A stretch of DNA of 37,945 nucleotides, taken from a virus. The stretch lies in the IMG/VR virus record IMGVR_UViG_3300010262_000007; one strand, given 5' to 3'. The notes under the pieces were generated by a model. That model saw nothing but the letters and a program-made list of their open reading frames with translations, ran no database searches and was not told where the DNA came from. Positions 1-7,588 of the stretch are shown piece by piece. Position 1 is the first letter of the stretch, and each line of letters begins with the position of its first letter. Position numbers and translations under genes: made by a program.

Positions 1-123
1 GCGTGACCATCGAGGGGCCTGACGGCACCCAGACCTATCAGGACATGAAGCTGGTCCAGATCAGCAAGGTCGGCAAGAGTTACTGGTTTATCCTGGCCGA
101 GAAGACGGCTGAGGAAAAGCAGA
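1..123. repeat. Direct terminal repeat, left copy (123 bp, identical to 37823..37945)
   Basis: Compared base by base: gcgtgaccatcgaggggcct...gaggaaaagcaga occurs at both window ends. Confidence 0.95.
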
Positions 124-224
124 AGGAGCTCGCCGCAGCTGCTCTGGCCACCAACGCCAACAGCGTCACCGACCTTCAGCTCGCTCTGGCTGAGGTCTAT
201 GAAATGATTATCGGAGGTAAATAA
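3..224 (+). CDS. Hypothetical phage protein, C-terminal part of the wrap-around gene that starts at 37696
   Basis: Reading frame is continuous with 37696..37945 through the terminal repeat. The full product is 116 aa (MEKRTWKITLADG...EVYEMIIGGK). Stop is TAA at 222..224. Confidence 0.6.
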   Translation: MTIEGPDGTQTYQDMKLVQISKVGKSYWFILAEKTAEEKQKELAAAALATNANSVTDLQLALAEVYEMIIGGK

Positions 225-226
225 CT

Positions 227-328
227 ATGGCTAAAGTTTACGCAGCCCTCATCAAGAAGGGGCTCAAAACCATCAACGACGTGCCCGAAAATCTGCGCGA
301 CGAAGTCCGCGCGCTCCTGGAGGAGTAA
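227..328 (+). CDS. Small conserved phage protein (33 aa, MAKVYAALIKKGLKTINDVPENLRDEVRALLEE)
   Basis: ATG at 227 is preceded by GGAGGT (213..218). It is a paralogue of the next small ORF (shared MAxxYxALIxKGxxTxxxVPxxL pattern). Below the ORF-track size cut-off. Confidence 0.5.
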   Translation: MAKVYAALIKKGLKTINDVPENLRDEVRALLEE

Positions 329-374
329 GATGATCCGGCGCTTCAGATCCTGGCTCAGAAAGGAGGTGAACAAC

Positions 375-503
375 ATGGCAGTCATCTACGTCGCCCTGAT
401 CGTCAAGGGCAAGCGTACCTACGACAGCGTCCCTGACCTGATCAAGCCCCAGGTCAAGGAGATGCTGATCGACCTGGAACTGGCAGAGCTCGTCACTGAG
501 TAA
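375..503 (+). CDS. Small conserved phage protein (42 aa), paralogue of 227..328
   Basis: ATG at 375 is preceded by AGGAGGTG (361..368). Translates to MAVIYVALIVKGKRTYDSVPDLIKPQVKEMLIDLELAELVTE. Stop is TAA at 501..503. Confidence 0.5.
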   Translation: MAVIYVALIVKGKRTYDSVPDLIKPQVKEMLIDLELAELVTE

Positions 504-511
504 AGCCCACA

Positions 512-541
512 ATGCCCCCACGGAGATATTCGTGGGGGCAT
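512..541 (+). terminator. Stem-loop (11-bp stem ATGCCCCCACG/CGTGGGGGCAT, 8-nt loop) after the small ORFs
   Basis: Perfect inverted repeat 512..522 / 531..541. The downstream T-tract is weak (taattct), so it may be a weak terminator or an RNA-stability element. Confidence 0.45.
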
Positions 542-577
542 AATTCTAAGTAAATAAAAAGAAGGAAGGTACACAAC

Positions 578-1018
578 ATGAAAACTGGAATTTGCACAGC
601 AGTGGGAGTCGCGGGCGGCTTCATCGCCAGCCTTTTCGGAGGCTGGGACGCAGCTCTGACCACGCTCCTGATCTTCATGGGCGTGGACTACGCTACCGGT
701 CTCATCGTTGCCGGCGTGTTTCACAGATCCCAGAAGTCCACAGACGGCGCCCTGGAGAGTCGCGCCGGATGGAAGGGTCTCTGCCGTAAGGGCACGACTC
801 TCCTGGTGGTACTGGTAGCCTGCCGCCTCGATCTGGTCACGGGCTCCACATTCATCAGAGACGCGGCGATCATCGCCTTCATCGCCAACGAGACACTTAG
901 CATCATTGAAAACGCCGGCCTGATGGGCGTGCCTATCCCTGCCATCGTGGTGAAAGCCGTTGACATCCTGAAGCAGAAGGCAGAGAACGACGCCAACACC
1001 AGCCCCGGCAAGGAGTAA
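578..1018 (+). CDS. Phage holin (LL-H / holin_4_1 type)
   Basis: 146 aa with several hydrophobic helices and the motif IANETLSIIENAGLMGVPIP. Lies immediately upstream of the endolysin. Confidence 0.85.
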   Translation: MKTGICTAVGVAGGFIASLFGGWDAALTTLLIFMGVDYATGLIVAGVFHRSQKSTDGALESRAGWKGLCRKGTTLLVVLVACRLDLVTGSTFIRDAAIIAFIANETLSIIENAGLMGVPIPAIVVKAVDILKQKAENDANTSPGKE

Positions 1019-1021
1019 GCC

Positions 1022-2473
1022 ATGAAGGCGACCGGATCCTCCGCCGAGAGGACCATTTGGAACTACTTCTGCTGCAAAGGTTTCAGCCCGGCCGGTGTGG
1101 CCGGGCTGATGGGCAACCTCTACGCCGAGAGCGGGCTCAATCCGATAAACCTCCAGAACACCTACGAAAAGCGCCTGGGCCTCACGGACGCCGAGTACAC
1201 GGCCGCCGTGGACTCCGGGAGCTACTCCAACTTCGTCCGCGACAGCGCCGGCTACGGCCTCGCGCAGTGGACATACTGGAGCCGCAAGGAGGCCATGCTC
1301 AACTATGCCCGGAAGACCGGCGCGTCCATCGGCGACCTGATGATGCAGCTCGACTTCATGTTCCAGGAGCTGAAGGGCCACGTGGCCGTCTTCCAGGTAC
1401 TCCGGACAGCCCGGACCGTGAAGGAGGCGTCCGACATCGTGCTGACCAAGTACGAGCGCCCGGCCGACATGAGCAACGCCGTCAAGGTAAAGCGGGCCGG
1501 CTTCGGCCAGGCATACTACGACGCCTACGCAAACACTACAACAACCCCAGAGAAGGAGGAGATCACCGTGAGCAACAGCCCTCTGGTAACGTACACCAAC
1601 ATCACCAAGAACAAGACCAGCCCCCGCAACCACGCCATCGACACCATTACGATCCACTGCATCGTGGGCCAGTGGACGGCGAAGCGAGGCTGCGATTTTT
1701 TTGCCACCACTGACCGCGAGTGCAGCGCCAACTACATCGTCGGCAAGGATGGCTCCATCGGCCTGTCCGTCGATGAGGCGGATCGCTCCTGGTGCACTTC
1801 CAGCCGTGAGAACGACAACCGCGCCATCACCATCGAAGTCGCCAGCGACACCGAGCACCCCTACGCCGTGACCGATGCAGCCTACGCCGCACTGATCAAG
1901 CTGATAGCCGACATTTGCAAGCGCAACGGCATCAAGAAGCTGATCTGGTCCACCAACAAGGCCGACCGCGTCAACCACTCCAACGGCTGCAACATGACCG
2001 TGCACCGCGACTATGCCAACAAGGCCTGCCCGGGCCAGTACCTCTACGACCGCCACGGCGCCATCGCTGCGGCCGTCAATGAGCTCCTGGGCTCTGGCAC
2101 TACCCAGCCATCCGAGGCGGCTCCGGGGGCCGTCCAGGGCTTCCCTGCGACGCCCTTCACTGTCCGCGTCATTATCCCGGATCTGAACTACCGCAAGGGC
2201 CCCGGCATGAGCTACGCGGTCAGAGGCCAGACCGGCAAGGGCGTCTTTACCATCACCGAGGTGCAGGACGGCTGGGGCAAGCTGAAAAGCGGCGCCGGCT
2301 GGATCTACCTCGAAAACCCTGACTACTGCACCATCCAGGGCGTTGCAGCGAAGCCGGCCGAGCCGGATCCTGCTGACGTGCTGGCGCAGGAGATCGCCGG
2401 CAAGGTGAAGGGCTCCGGACTGGATCCTGCTGACGTTCTGAACAGGACCAAGAAGATCCTGGGCGTGGCATGA
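1022..2473 (+). CDS. Three-domain endolysin: N-terminal phage tail-type lysozyme, central N-acetylmuramoyl-L-alanine amidase, C-terminal SH3
   Basis: Lysozyme-type N-terminus: GFSPAGVAGLMGNLYAESGLNPINLQN...GYGLAQWT. Amidase_2-like: ITIHCIVGQW...NDNRAITIEVAS...HRDYANKACPG. SH3b-like: YRKGPGMSYAVRGQTGKGVFTITEVQDGWGKLKSGAGWIYLE. Confidence 0.9.
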   Translation: MKATGSSAERTIWNYFCCKGFSPAGVAGLMGNLYAESGLNPINLQNTYEKRLGLTDAEYTAAVDSGSYSNFVRDSAGYGLAQWTYWSRKEAMLNYARKTGASIGDLMMQLDFMFQELKGHVAVFQVLRTARTVKEASDIVLTKYERPADMSNAVKVKRAGFGQAYYDAYANTTTTPEKEEITVSNSPLVTYTNITKNKTSPRNHAIDTITIHCIVGQWTAKRGCDFFATTDRECSANYIVGKDGSIGLSVDEADRSWCTSSRENDNRAITIEVASDTEHPYAVTDAAYAALIKLIADICKRNGIKKLIWSTNKADRVNHSNGCNMTVHRDYANKACPGQYLYDRHGAIAAAVNELLGSGTTQPSEAAPGAVQGFPATPFTVRVIIPDLNYRKGPGMSYAVRGQTGKGVFTITEVQDGWGKLKSGAGWIYLENPDYCTIQGVAAKPAEPDPADVLAQEIAGKVKGSGLDPADVLNRTKKILGVA

Positions 2474-2556
2474 TCGCCCTGATCAGCGTGGCGGCTCTCG
2501 TATTCCCGGGAGCTTGCTGCGCGGTCACAACAGCCAGCAAATACATGATAGACTAA
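2470..2556 (+). CDS. Possible 28-aa hydrophobic peptide (MIALISVAALVFPGACCAVTTASKYMID), ATGA-coupled to the endolysin stop
   Basis: The ATG overlaps the endolysin TGA. One hydrophobic segment. No recognisable homology from sequence alone. Confidence 0.2.
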   Translation: MIALISVAALVFPGACCAVTTASKYMID

Positions 2557-2558
2557 GA

Positions 2559-2590
2559 GAGCCCCGGCACCCGCCGGGGCTCTTTTGCTT
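2559..2590. terminator. Bidirectional rho-independent terminator between endolysin (+) and recombinase (-)
   Basis: 10-bp GC stem GAGCCCCGGC / GCCGGGGCTC (2559..2568 / 2573..2582), ACCC loop, then TTTTGCTTT. Confidence 0.75.
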
Positions 2591-4098
2591 TATACGGCAA
2601 TTCTGAGGACGACATAGTCCCGCAGCACGATGATCTTCGGGGTTCGAGTACCGTCGCGCGGGCTCCACCATTCGGGCCGTACTCGAACACGTGAGTGCGG
2701 GCCCTTTTCTCGGATATTGTAAAATATCAGCGCCTCATCGTTGCGGAGCTCGACTCGGGCGATGAACGTGTCAACCAACCGAGCGCGGAAGTCGTCATCC
2801 GTGACGTCTCCGACGCGGAAGGAGCGCAGCCAGGCCTCGACCACCTCATGGGTGAGTCGGGGCCTTTTTATTTCTGCCCGCTGGATCTCCAGCACCAGCT
2901 GCTCCTCCTCTTCCTCCAGGGCAGCCAAACGAGAGACCAGGCCACGGGCCCCGCCTTCTTCTATCGCGTCCAGCAAGTTCCGCTGGCGCTTTTTATTTGA
3001 GTCAAGACGCCGACGCAATCCCACCACGGGATCGTCGGCGTTTTCCTGTTCCTGGACTTCCAGGATCCGGACGGTCAGCTTCTCGATCATCTCATCGGTC
3101 AGCATATCGTTCACCGTGGCCAGGATGATCGCATCCTCCAGGTGGTCCTTCGGGAACGGCTTCAGCTCGCACTTCTTCCCGCGCTTTTTGTCCCCGCACT
3201 TGTAATATCGGTACACTTTCCCCAGCTTCCCGGTGCCAGCCTCTGCGCTGATCATCGAGCCGCAATACCCACAGAACATTTTACAGCTCAGCAAATAGTT
3301 CACCTTCGCCCTCCCTGCCGCATTGTTGCGGCTTGTCTTAAAGTGCTGGGCAGCTTCCAGGAAGGCCGCCTGGTCGATGATCGGCTCCACGTTCAGCTTC
3401 ACGTCCTGGATGTAGAACTCGCCCAGGTACTTCTCATTCCGCAGCATACGATAGACGACCGCATTGGAGACCGGCTTCCCGCGCCGGCCCATGATCCCAC
3501 GGTCAGCGAACAGCTGGACGATGTCCCGGAGCTGGGCGCCTGCTATGTGCATTTTGAACGCCTCCCGGACAACTGCCGCCTCGCGCTCATCCACGACGAT
3601 GTGACGCTCGGCGTCTACTTTATACCCTATCGGCAGAGGCTGGCCGCAATACTGACCCTTCTTCGCGGTCTCCTTCATGCCTCTGATGACCTTCTGCCGC
3701 AGGTCGGCGGAGTAATACTCGGCCAGGCCCTCCAGCACGCTCTCCAGGATGATCCCCTCCGGGCCCTCCGGAACGCTCTCCCGAGCGTACATCAGCTTGA
3801 CACCTGCCCGCTTCAAGGTCATTTTTCCCATAGCAATGTCCTGGCGATCCCGACCGAAGCGGTCGATCTTCCACACCAGGACGCAGTCGAAGCGGCCCTT
3901 CTCCGCGTCTCGCAGCATCCGCTGGAACTCGTCACGGCCGACGACGCTCTTGCCGGAGACGTGCCGGTCTGCATATATTTCTATGATGTCAATGCCGTGC
4001 TCCTCAGCATACTGCTGGCAGTCGGCAACCTGGCCCTCAATGGACTGCTCCGTCTGGTGCGGGCCTGGTGAATATCTCGCGTAAATGACGCCGCGCAT
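2590..4098 (-). CDS. Large serine recombinase (phage integrase)
   Basis: N-terminal resolvase domain (GVIYARYSPGPHQTEQSIEGQ...VWKIDRFGRD), recombinase domain, zinc ribbon (CGYCGS...YYKCGDKKRGKKC) and a coiled-coil C-terminus. RBS GGGAGGA. Confidence 0.9.
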   Translation of the reverse strand: MRGVIYARYSPGPHQTEQSIEGQVADCQQYAEEHGIDIIEIYADRHVSGKSVVGRDEFQRMLRDAEKGRFDCVLVWKIDRFGRDRQDIAMGKMTLKRAGVKLMYARESVPEGPEGIILESVLEGLAEYYSADLRQKVIRGMKETAKKGQYCGQPLPIGYKVDAERHIVVDEREAAVVREAFKMHIAGAQLRDIVQLFADRGIMGRRGKPVSNAVVYRMLRNEKYLGEFYIQDVKLNVEPIIDQAAFLEAAQHFKTSRNNAAGRAKVNYLLSCKMFCGYCGSMISAEAGTGKLGKVYRYYKCGDKKRGKKCELKPFPKDHLEDAIILATVNDMLTDEMIEKLTVRILEVQEQENADDPVVGLRRRLDSNKKRQRNLLDAIEEGGARGLVSRLAALEEEEEQLVLEIQRAEIKRPRLTHEVVEAWLRSFRVGDVTDDDFRARLVDTFIARVELRNDEALIFYNIREKGPHSRVRVRPEWWSPRDGTRTPKIIVLRDYVVLRIAV

Positions 4099-4129
4099 GG
4101 CACCGTCCTCCCTTCCCGGGGTCCTCCCG

Positions 4130-4477
4130 TTAAATGTGCAGGATCGCTCTGATCGCTGCCTGGGTCTCAGCTCCGGCGTGCCGGAAAGCCTTCAGCAGCT
4201 CCAGCTCCGCAGCAGTAACTTCAACACAGGGGCCGGATGTGGGGTCGGTGTGATCCCCGGACAGCCGCGTGATTTTATCAGAATACCCCAGCAAATAGTT
4301 CATATCTACATTGAAAAAATCCGCGATCACTTCCGCCGTCTCGAAATCGGGGCGGCGGTCTCCGCGTTCATACATATTGACAGCGCTCTTTGATATGCCA
4401 AGCTGGTCGGCCAGTCTGCTCTGAGACAGCTCCCGCTCCAGTCGTAATTTCTTAAAGATTTTTGCAAATTCAGCCAT
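4130..4477 (-). CDS. XRE-family HTH repressor (CI-like)
   Basis: HTH_3 signature LRLERELSQSRLADQLGISKSAVNMYERGDRRPD. Divergent from the early genes and co-oriented with the recombinase. Confidence 0.85.
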   Translation of the reverse strand: MAEFAKIFKKLRLERELSQSRLADQLGISKSAVNMYERGDRRPDFETAEVIADFFNVDMNYLLGYSDKITRLSGDHTDPTSGPCVEVTAAELELLKAFRHAGAETQAAIRAILHI

Positions 4478-4507
4478 AAGAATGACCTCCCTTATTTAGA
4501 TACTTTG

Positions 4508-4536
4508 ATTATACACATAACGTGCAAAAATTTCAA
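4508..4536 (-). promoter_or_regulatory. Leftward promoter for the repressor/integrase operon
   Basis: On the - strand: TTGAAA (4531..4536), 17-nt spacer, TATAAT (4508..4513). Confidence 0.65.
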
Positions 4537-4557
4537 TTAAATTTTCACGAAATGTGC

Positions 4558-4586
4558 TTGACAGAGCACGATGCGTGTGCTATATT
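4558..4586 (+). promoter_or_regulatory. Rightward early promoter
   Basis: TTGACA (4558..4563), 17-nt spacer, TATATT (4581..4586). Confidence 0.7.
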
Positions 4587-4592
4587 GTGAAT

Positions 4593-4609
4593 GTGCACGA
4601 AACGTGCAC
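4593..4609. promoter_or_regulatory. Operator: perfect palindrome GTGCACG-AAA-CGTGCAC at the predicted early transcription start
   Basis: 7-3-7 inverted repeat. Degenerate copies lie at 4511..4527, 4543..4559 and 4564..4580 and overlap the -10/-35 boxes of both promoters. Confidence 0.6.
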
Positions 4610-4642
4610 GCAAGAGACCCCACAACGACAGGAGGGCACACG

Positions 4643-5254
4643 ATGAACACCTACAAGATTATTTTTACCCGCGAAAACGGGACCCAGGGCACCGACCACT
4701 TCACCGCCATCAACGAGCGCCAGGCCCGCAAAGACTTCGGCGAGTGCTACAGTCACAGCACGGCCACCATCATCAGCATAGAGCTGGCCAGCACCAATAC
4801 CCCGGCCACCAAACAACAGGAGCGCGACACCCTGGAGAAGATCCGGAAGATGGTCGAGCAGCTGGGCTCGGACTCCTACCTGGCCGCCGCCTTCGAGGGC
4901 TGCTTCGACCTGGCCGCTGAGAACATCGACAACGACTGGGCCTGCTCCATGGCTGGCCGCGCCCGCAACGCTGAGAAGCGCGTCGCAGATCTGGAGGACA
5001 AGCTGTCCGAGGCCGTGAAGGACTACGAGGCCGCCCATGCTGCCGCCCATGCGGTCGCCGAGGAAAGGGACGCCGAGATTGCAAAGCTGAAGGATCAGCT
5101 GAAGCAGATCCAGGAGACCGCCCGCTGGAATGGCCAGAGATGTGATGAGGAAGCGACCGCCGCTGGAGAGGCCCAGCGTCGTGCTGAGGCCGCCGAGGCC
5201 GAAGTCATCCAACTGAAAGCTAAGCTCTACGACCTGCTGGTCGCCGGGAAGTAA
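4643..5254 (+). CDS. Hypothetical early protein with coiled-coil C-terminus
   Basis: ATG at 4643 is preceded by GGAGGG (4631..4636). The longer track ORF (from 4571) would start inside the promoter. Confidence 0.6.
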   Translation: MNTYKIIFTRENGTQGTDHFTAINERQARKDFGECYSHSTATIISIELASTNTPATKQQERDTLEKIRKMVEQLGSDSYLAAAFEGCFDLAAENIDNDWACSMAGRARNAEKRVADLEDKLSEAVKDYEAAHAAAHAVAEERDAEIAKLKDQLKQIQETARWNGQRCDEEATAAGEAQRRAEAAEAEVIQLKAKLYDLLVAGK

Positions 5255-5268
5255 GGGAGGACGGACTG

Positions 5269-5694
5269 ATGGCTGCATATATGAGAAAGACGGGGATCCT
5301 CCCCGTCTGCACCAATAACGAGGCCCGGGCCTACTTCGCCGGCAAGGGCCTCACCTATGCCGACGTGACCGAGGGCGACATCCTCGCCCTGGTCATGCTG
5401 CTGAACAAGCACATCAAGAAGGCGAACAAGGACTGCGAGACCTCGATGGGCTCCATGTACCTGAGCCGCCGAATCGACCTCAAACGGAAGACCAACGGCG
5501 CCCTGATCAGCTGCTTCCTCTACGTCAACAGCCACTACTTCGAGCGCCGGGAGTGCATCAGTTTCAATGCTAACGGCTGGATCGGCTTCGCCGGCTGGGC
5601 TGACCAGGGCAACACCAACCCCATTTTACGAGCATTTATCGAGTGGTGCGACGCGCTCGCTGCCACCAAAGAAAAGGAGGACACACAACAATGA
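5269..5694 (+). CDS. Hypothetical protein
   Basis: 141-aa ORF in the + strand gene series, with RBS GGGAGGA upstream. Confidence 0.55.
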   Translation: MAAYMRKTGILPVCTNNEARAYFAGKGLTYADVTEGDILALVMLLNKHIKKANKDCETSMGSMYLSRRIDLKRKTNGALISCFLYVNSHYFERRECISFNANGWIGFAGWADQGNTNPILRAFIEWCDALAATKEKEDTQQ

Positions 5695-5903
5695 CCCGCT
5701 TCAAGTATTATTCCAATTATCTCGCCCGCCTGCTGGGCACTTTGATCGCCTTCGAGCTCTGCTGGATCGGCGCCAAGTACGTCATCGAGGGCGAGGTGGT
5801 CCACACCTGCCTCGACCACTTCATCGCCGTGTGCGGATCGTTTTATATCACCCGTGACACCATGAAGATCTGGCTGAAGCTCCAGAAGAAGGTTCAGAAA
5901 TAA
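5691..5903 (+). CDS. Hypothetical small protein (70 aa, one hydrophobic segment)
   Basis: ATG at 5691 (ATGA overlap with the previous stop), preceded by AAGGAGGA. Confidence 0.5.
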   Translation: MTRFKYYSNYLARLLGTLIAFELCWIGAKYVIEGEVVHTCLDHFIAVCGSFYITRDTMKIWLKLQKKVQK

Positions 5904-5918
5904 GGAAGGAGGACAAGC

Positions 5919-6119
5919 ATGAACAACAAAGTCATGGCTGAAAAGCTCAGAAAACTGAGAGGTAACAGGAGCCGCCAGGAAGTGGCCGAGGCCTGCGGCA
6001 TCAGCGTCTCCGCTCTGGCTATGTACGAGGCCGGTGAGCGAGTCCCTCGCGACGAGATCAAGATCAAGCTGGCTAAATTCTACAACCGCAGCGTGAGCTA
6101 TATTTTTTTTACGAATTAA
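5919..6119 (+). CDS. Cro-like XRE-family HTH regulator
   Basis: 66 aa with RSRQEVAEACGISVSALAMYEAGERVPRDE (HTH_3). RBS GGAAGGAGGA. Confidence 0.8.
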   Translation: MNNKVMAEKLRKLRGNRSRQEVAEACGISVSALAMYEAGERVPRDEIKIKLAKFYNRSVSYIFFTN

Positions 6120-6136
6120 GTGCACGTATCGTGCTC
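6120..6136. promoter_or_regulatory. Fifth operator-like site GTGCACG-TAT-CGTGCTC
   Basis: Matches the 4593..4609 palindrome at 13 of its 14 half-site positions. Lies directly after the Cro-like gene stop. Confidence 0.4.
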
Positions 6137-6155
6137 GATTTGAAGGAGGACACAC

Positions 6156-6359
6156 ATGGGAAGAAAGAACAGACAACGCAAGCCGGAGCCCTTCAAGTGC
6201 TGCGAGACCTGCGCCAATATGCAACCGATAGGCGAAGGCGATCACATCTGTGACGCCTGCTGCAGCCACGATGGCAGCCCGACCGCTCTCGTCCTGGAGA
6301 GTTACATCCCGGCCGACGACTACTTCATCTGCGAAGGAAGCAGGTGGACACCACAATGA
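6156..6359 (+). CDS. Small Cys-rich (probably zinc-binding) hypothetical protein
   Basis: 67 aa with CCETC...ICDACC...C. RBS GAAGGAGGA. Confidence 0.5.
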   Translation: MGRKNRQRKPEPFKCCETCANMQPIGEGDHICDACCSHDGSPTALVLESYIPADDYFICEGSRWTPQ

Positions 6360-6961
6360 GCGCCACAAACCGAGGCTGCGAGCGCAAGGCCTATGACTTC
6401 TATGCCACCCCGCCGGAAACCGTCCGGGCCTTCCTGGCCAACTTCGACGGCATCAGCTCCGGCGACCGCATCCTGGAGCCTTCTGCCGGCAACGGCCAGA
6501 TCGTCAAAGTGCTGAGGGAAGGCGGATATGACAACCGGATCGACGCCGTGGAGCTGCGACCGGAGGAGCGGGGCACCCTGGAAGCTCTGGCTGACAACGT
6601 CACAATCGGCAGCTTCTTCGACTACGAGCCCGACTGCGGCTACGATGTCGTCATAGGCAACCCGCCCTACAGTCTGGCCCTGGACTTCATCAATAAGAGC
6701 CTGGAGCTGCTGCACCCTGGCGGCCTGCTGATCTTCCTGCTCCGGACGAACTTCCTGGAGAGCGAGAAGCGCTTCAAGTGGTGGCAGGAGCACCCGCTCA
6801 GCGGTCTCTACACCCTGCACAAGCGCCCCAGCTTCACCGGCCGAGGCACCGACGCCACCAGCTACTCCTGGTTTGTGTGGGAGCGGGGGGACCGGCTGCA
6901 TAGGTCATCAGACCATCAAAACCATCTAAGGAGGACAAGCGCATGGAAGACATTGACCTGA
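6356..6961 (+). CDS. N6-adenine-type DNA methyltransferase (NPPY class); C-terminus possibly frameshifted
   Basis: Motif I ILEPSAGNG and motif IV VIGNPPYS. The last ~25 aa (RLHRSSDHQNHLRRTSAWKTLT) look out of frame after a G6 run at 6885..6890. Confidence 0.8.
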   Translation: MSATNRGCERKAYDFYATPPETVRAFLANFDGISSGDRILEPSAGNGQIVKVLREGGYDNRIDAVELRPEERGTLEALADNVTIGSFFDYEPDCGYDVVIGNPPYSLALDFINKSLELLHPGGLLIFLLRTNFLESEKRFKWWQEHPLSGLYTLHKRPSFTGRGTDATSYSWFVWERGDRLHRSSDHQNHLRRTSAWKTLT

Positions 6962-7074
6962 CAATGCTGGCCCGCTCGGCCTACCGGGCGATCCTGAGAA
7001 GCGTGGAAACCGCAGAGGCTGAGGAGCCTGAGACTGTGAAGGAGGTGGTGCCTATGGCTGCACAAAAAGATTGA
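6943..7074 (+). CDS. Hypothetical small acidic protein (43 aa)
   Basis: ATG at 6943 is preceded by TAAGGAGGA (6927..6935). Below the track size cut-off. Confidence 0.4.
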   Translation: MEDIDLTMLARSAYRAILRSVETAEAEEPETVKEVVPMAAQKD

Positions 7075-7147
7075 GCCCCGGAGCTAATGCCTCGGAGCCC
7101 AATAGAACACAGTCCCAGTATAACACAAACAAGGAGGAAATAAAAGC

Positions 7148-7588
7148 ATGAAGATCACCGTCGAATTTGCAAACCTGAACGAGTTCAAGCAGTACATGGG
7201 CGTCGAGTCCCCGAACCTGCTCGCCCAGGCATCCAAGGAAACAGAGGACGCTCCTGCACCCGCTGAGGCCGTCCAGGAGCCCCAGAAAGCACCGGAGGAC
7301 CCTGCCCCTAAGAAGAACACCAAGAAGGTCGAAAAGACCGCCCCTGCGGAAGCTGAGCCCTCTCCTGAGTCTGCTGACGAGGCTGCACCCGCTGCGCCCG
7401 CAGAAGTGACCGAGGACTTCCGCATCACCGTCCGCAAGCAGCTCGCGGCCCTCAACAAGAAGCGCGGCTACAACCGTGCGGCGGAACTCATCAACGAGCA
7501 GACCGGCAAGGGCAAGCTCACCGAAGTCGCACTTGCCGACCTGCCGAAGCTCATGGAAGCAGCAAAGGAGGAAACCAATGCCGACTAA
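7148..7588 (+). CDS. Hypothetical protein with Pro/Ala/Glu-rich low-complexity centre
   Basis: 146-aa ORF. RBS AAGGAGGA upstream. Confidence 0.55.
   Translation: MKITVEFANLNEFKQYMGVESPNLLAQASKETEDAPAPAEAVQEPQKAPEDPAPKKNTKKVEKTAPAEAEPSPESADEAAPAAPAEVTEDFRITVRKQLAALNKKRGYNRAAELINEQTGKGKLTEVALADLPKLMEAAKEETNAD

Noticed and set aside
419-2056. Very long antisense ORFs: 419..2056(-), 7551..9332(-), 12059..13006(-), 13943..14965(-), 20970..22229(-), 31812..33728(-), 34614..35594(-) and many same-strand off-frame ORFs.
   Set aside because: They lie exactly opposite or inside genes with clear domain motifs and RBSs. Their translations are Ala/Gly/Val/Arg/Pro-rich low-complexity strings typical of stop-poor shadow frames in GC-rich DNA.
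2474-2589. The intergenic hairpin region next to the serine recombinase gene considered as attP.
   Set aside because: The structure is a standard GC stem followed by a T-run, serving two convergent genes. Nothing in the sequence alone identifies a core dinucleotide or attP arms. The attP location remains unknown.
4571-4642. Upstream start of the first early ORF at 4571.
   Set aside because: It would begin inside the promoter spacer and operators. ATG 4643 has a GGAGGG RBS.
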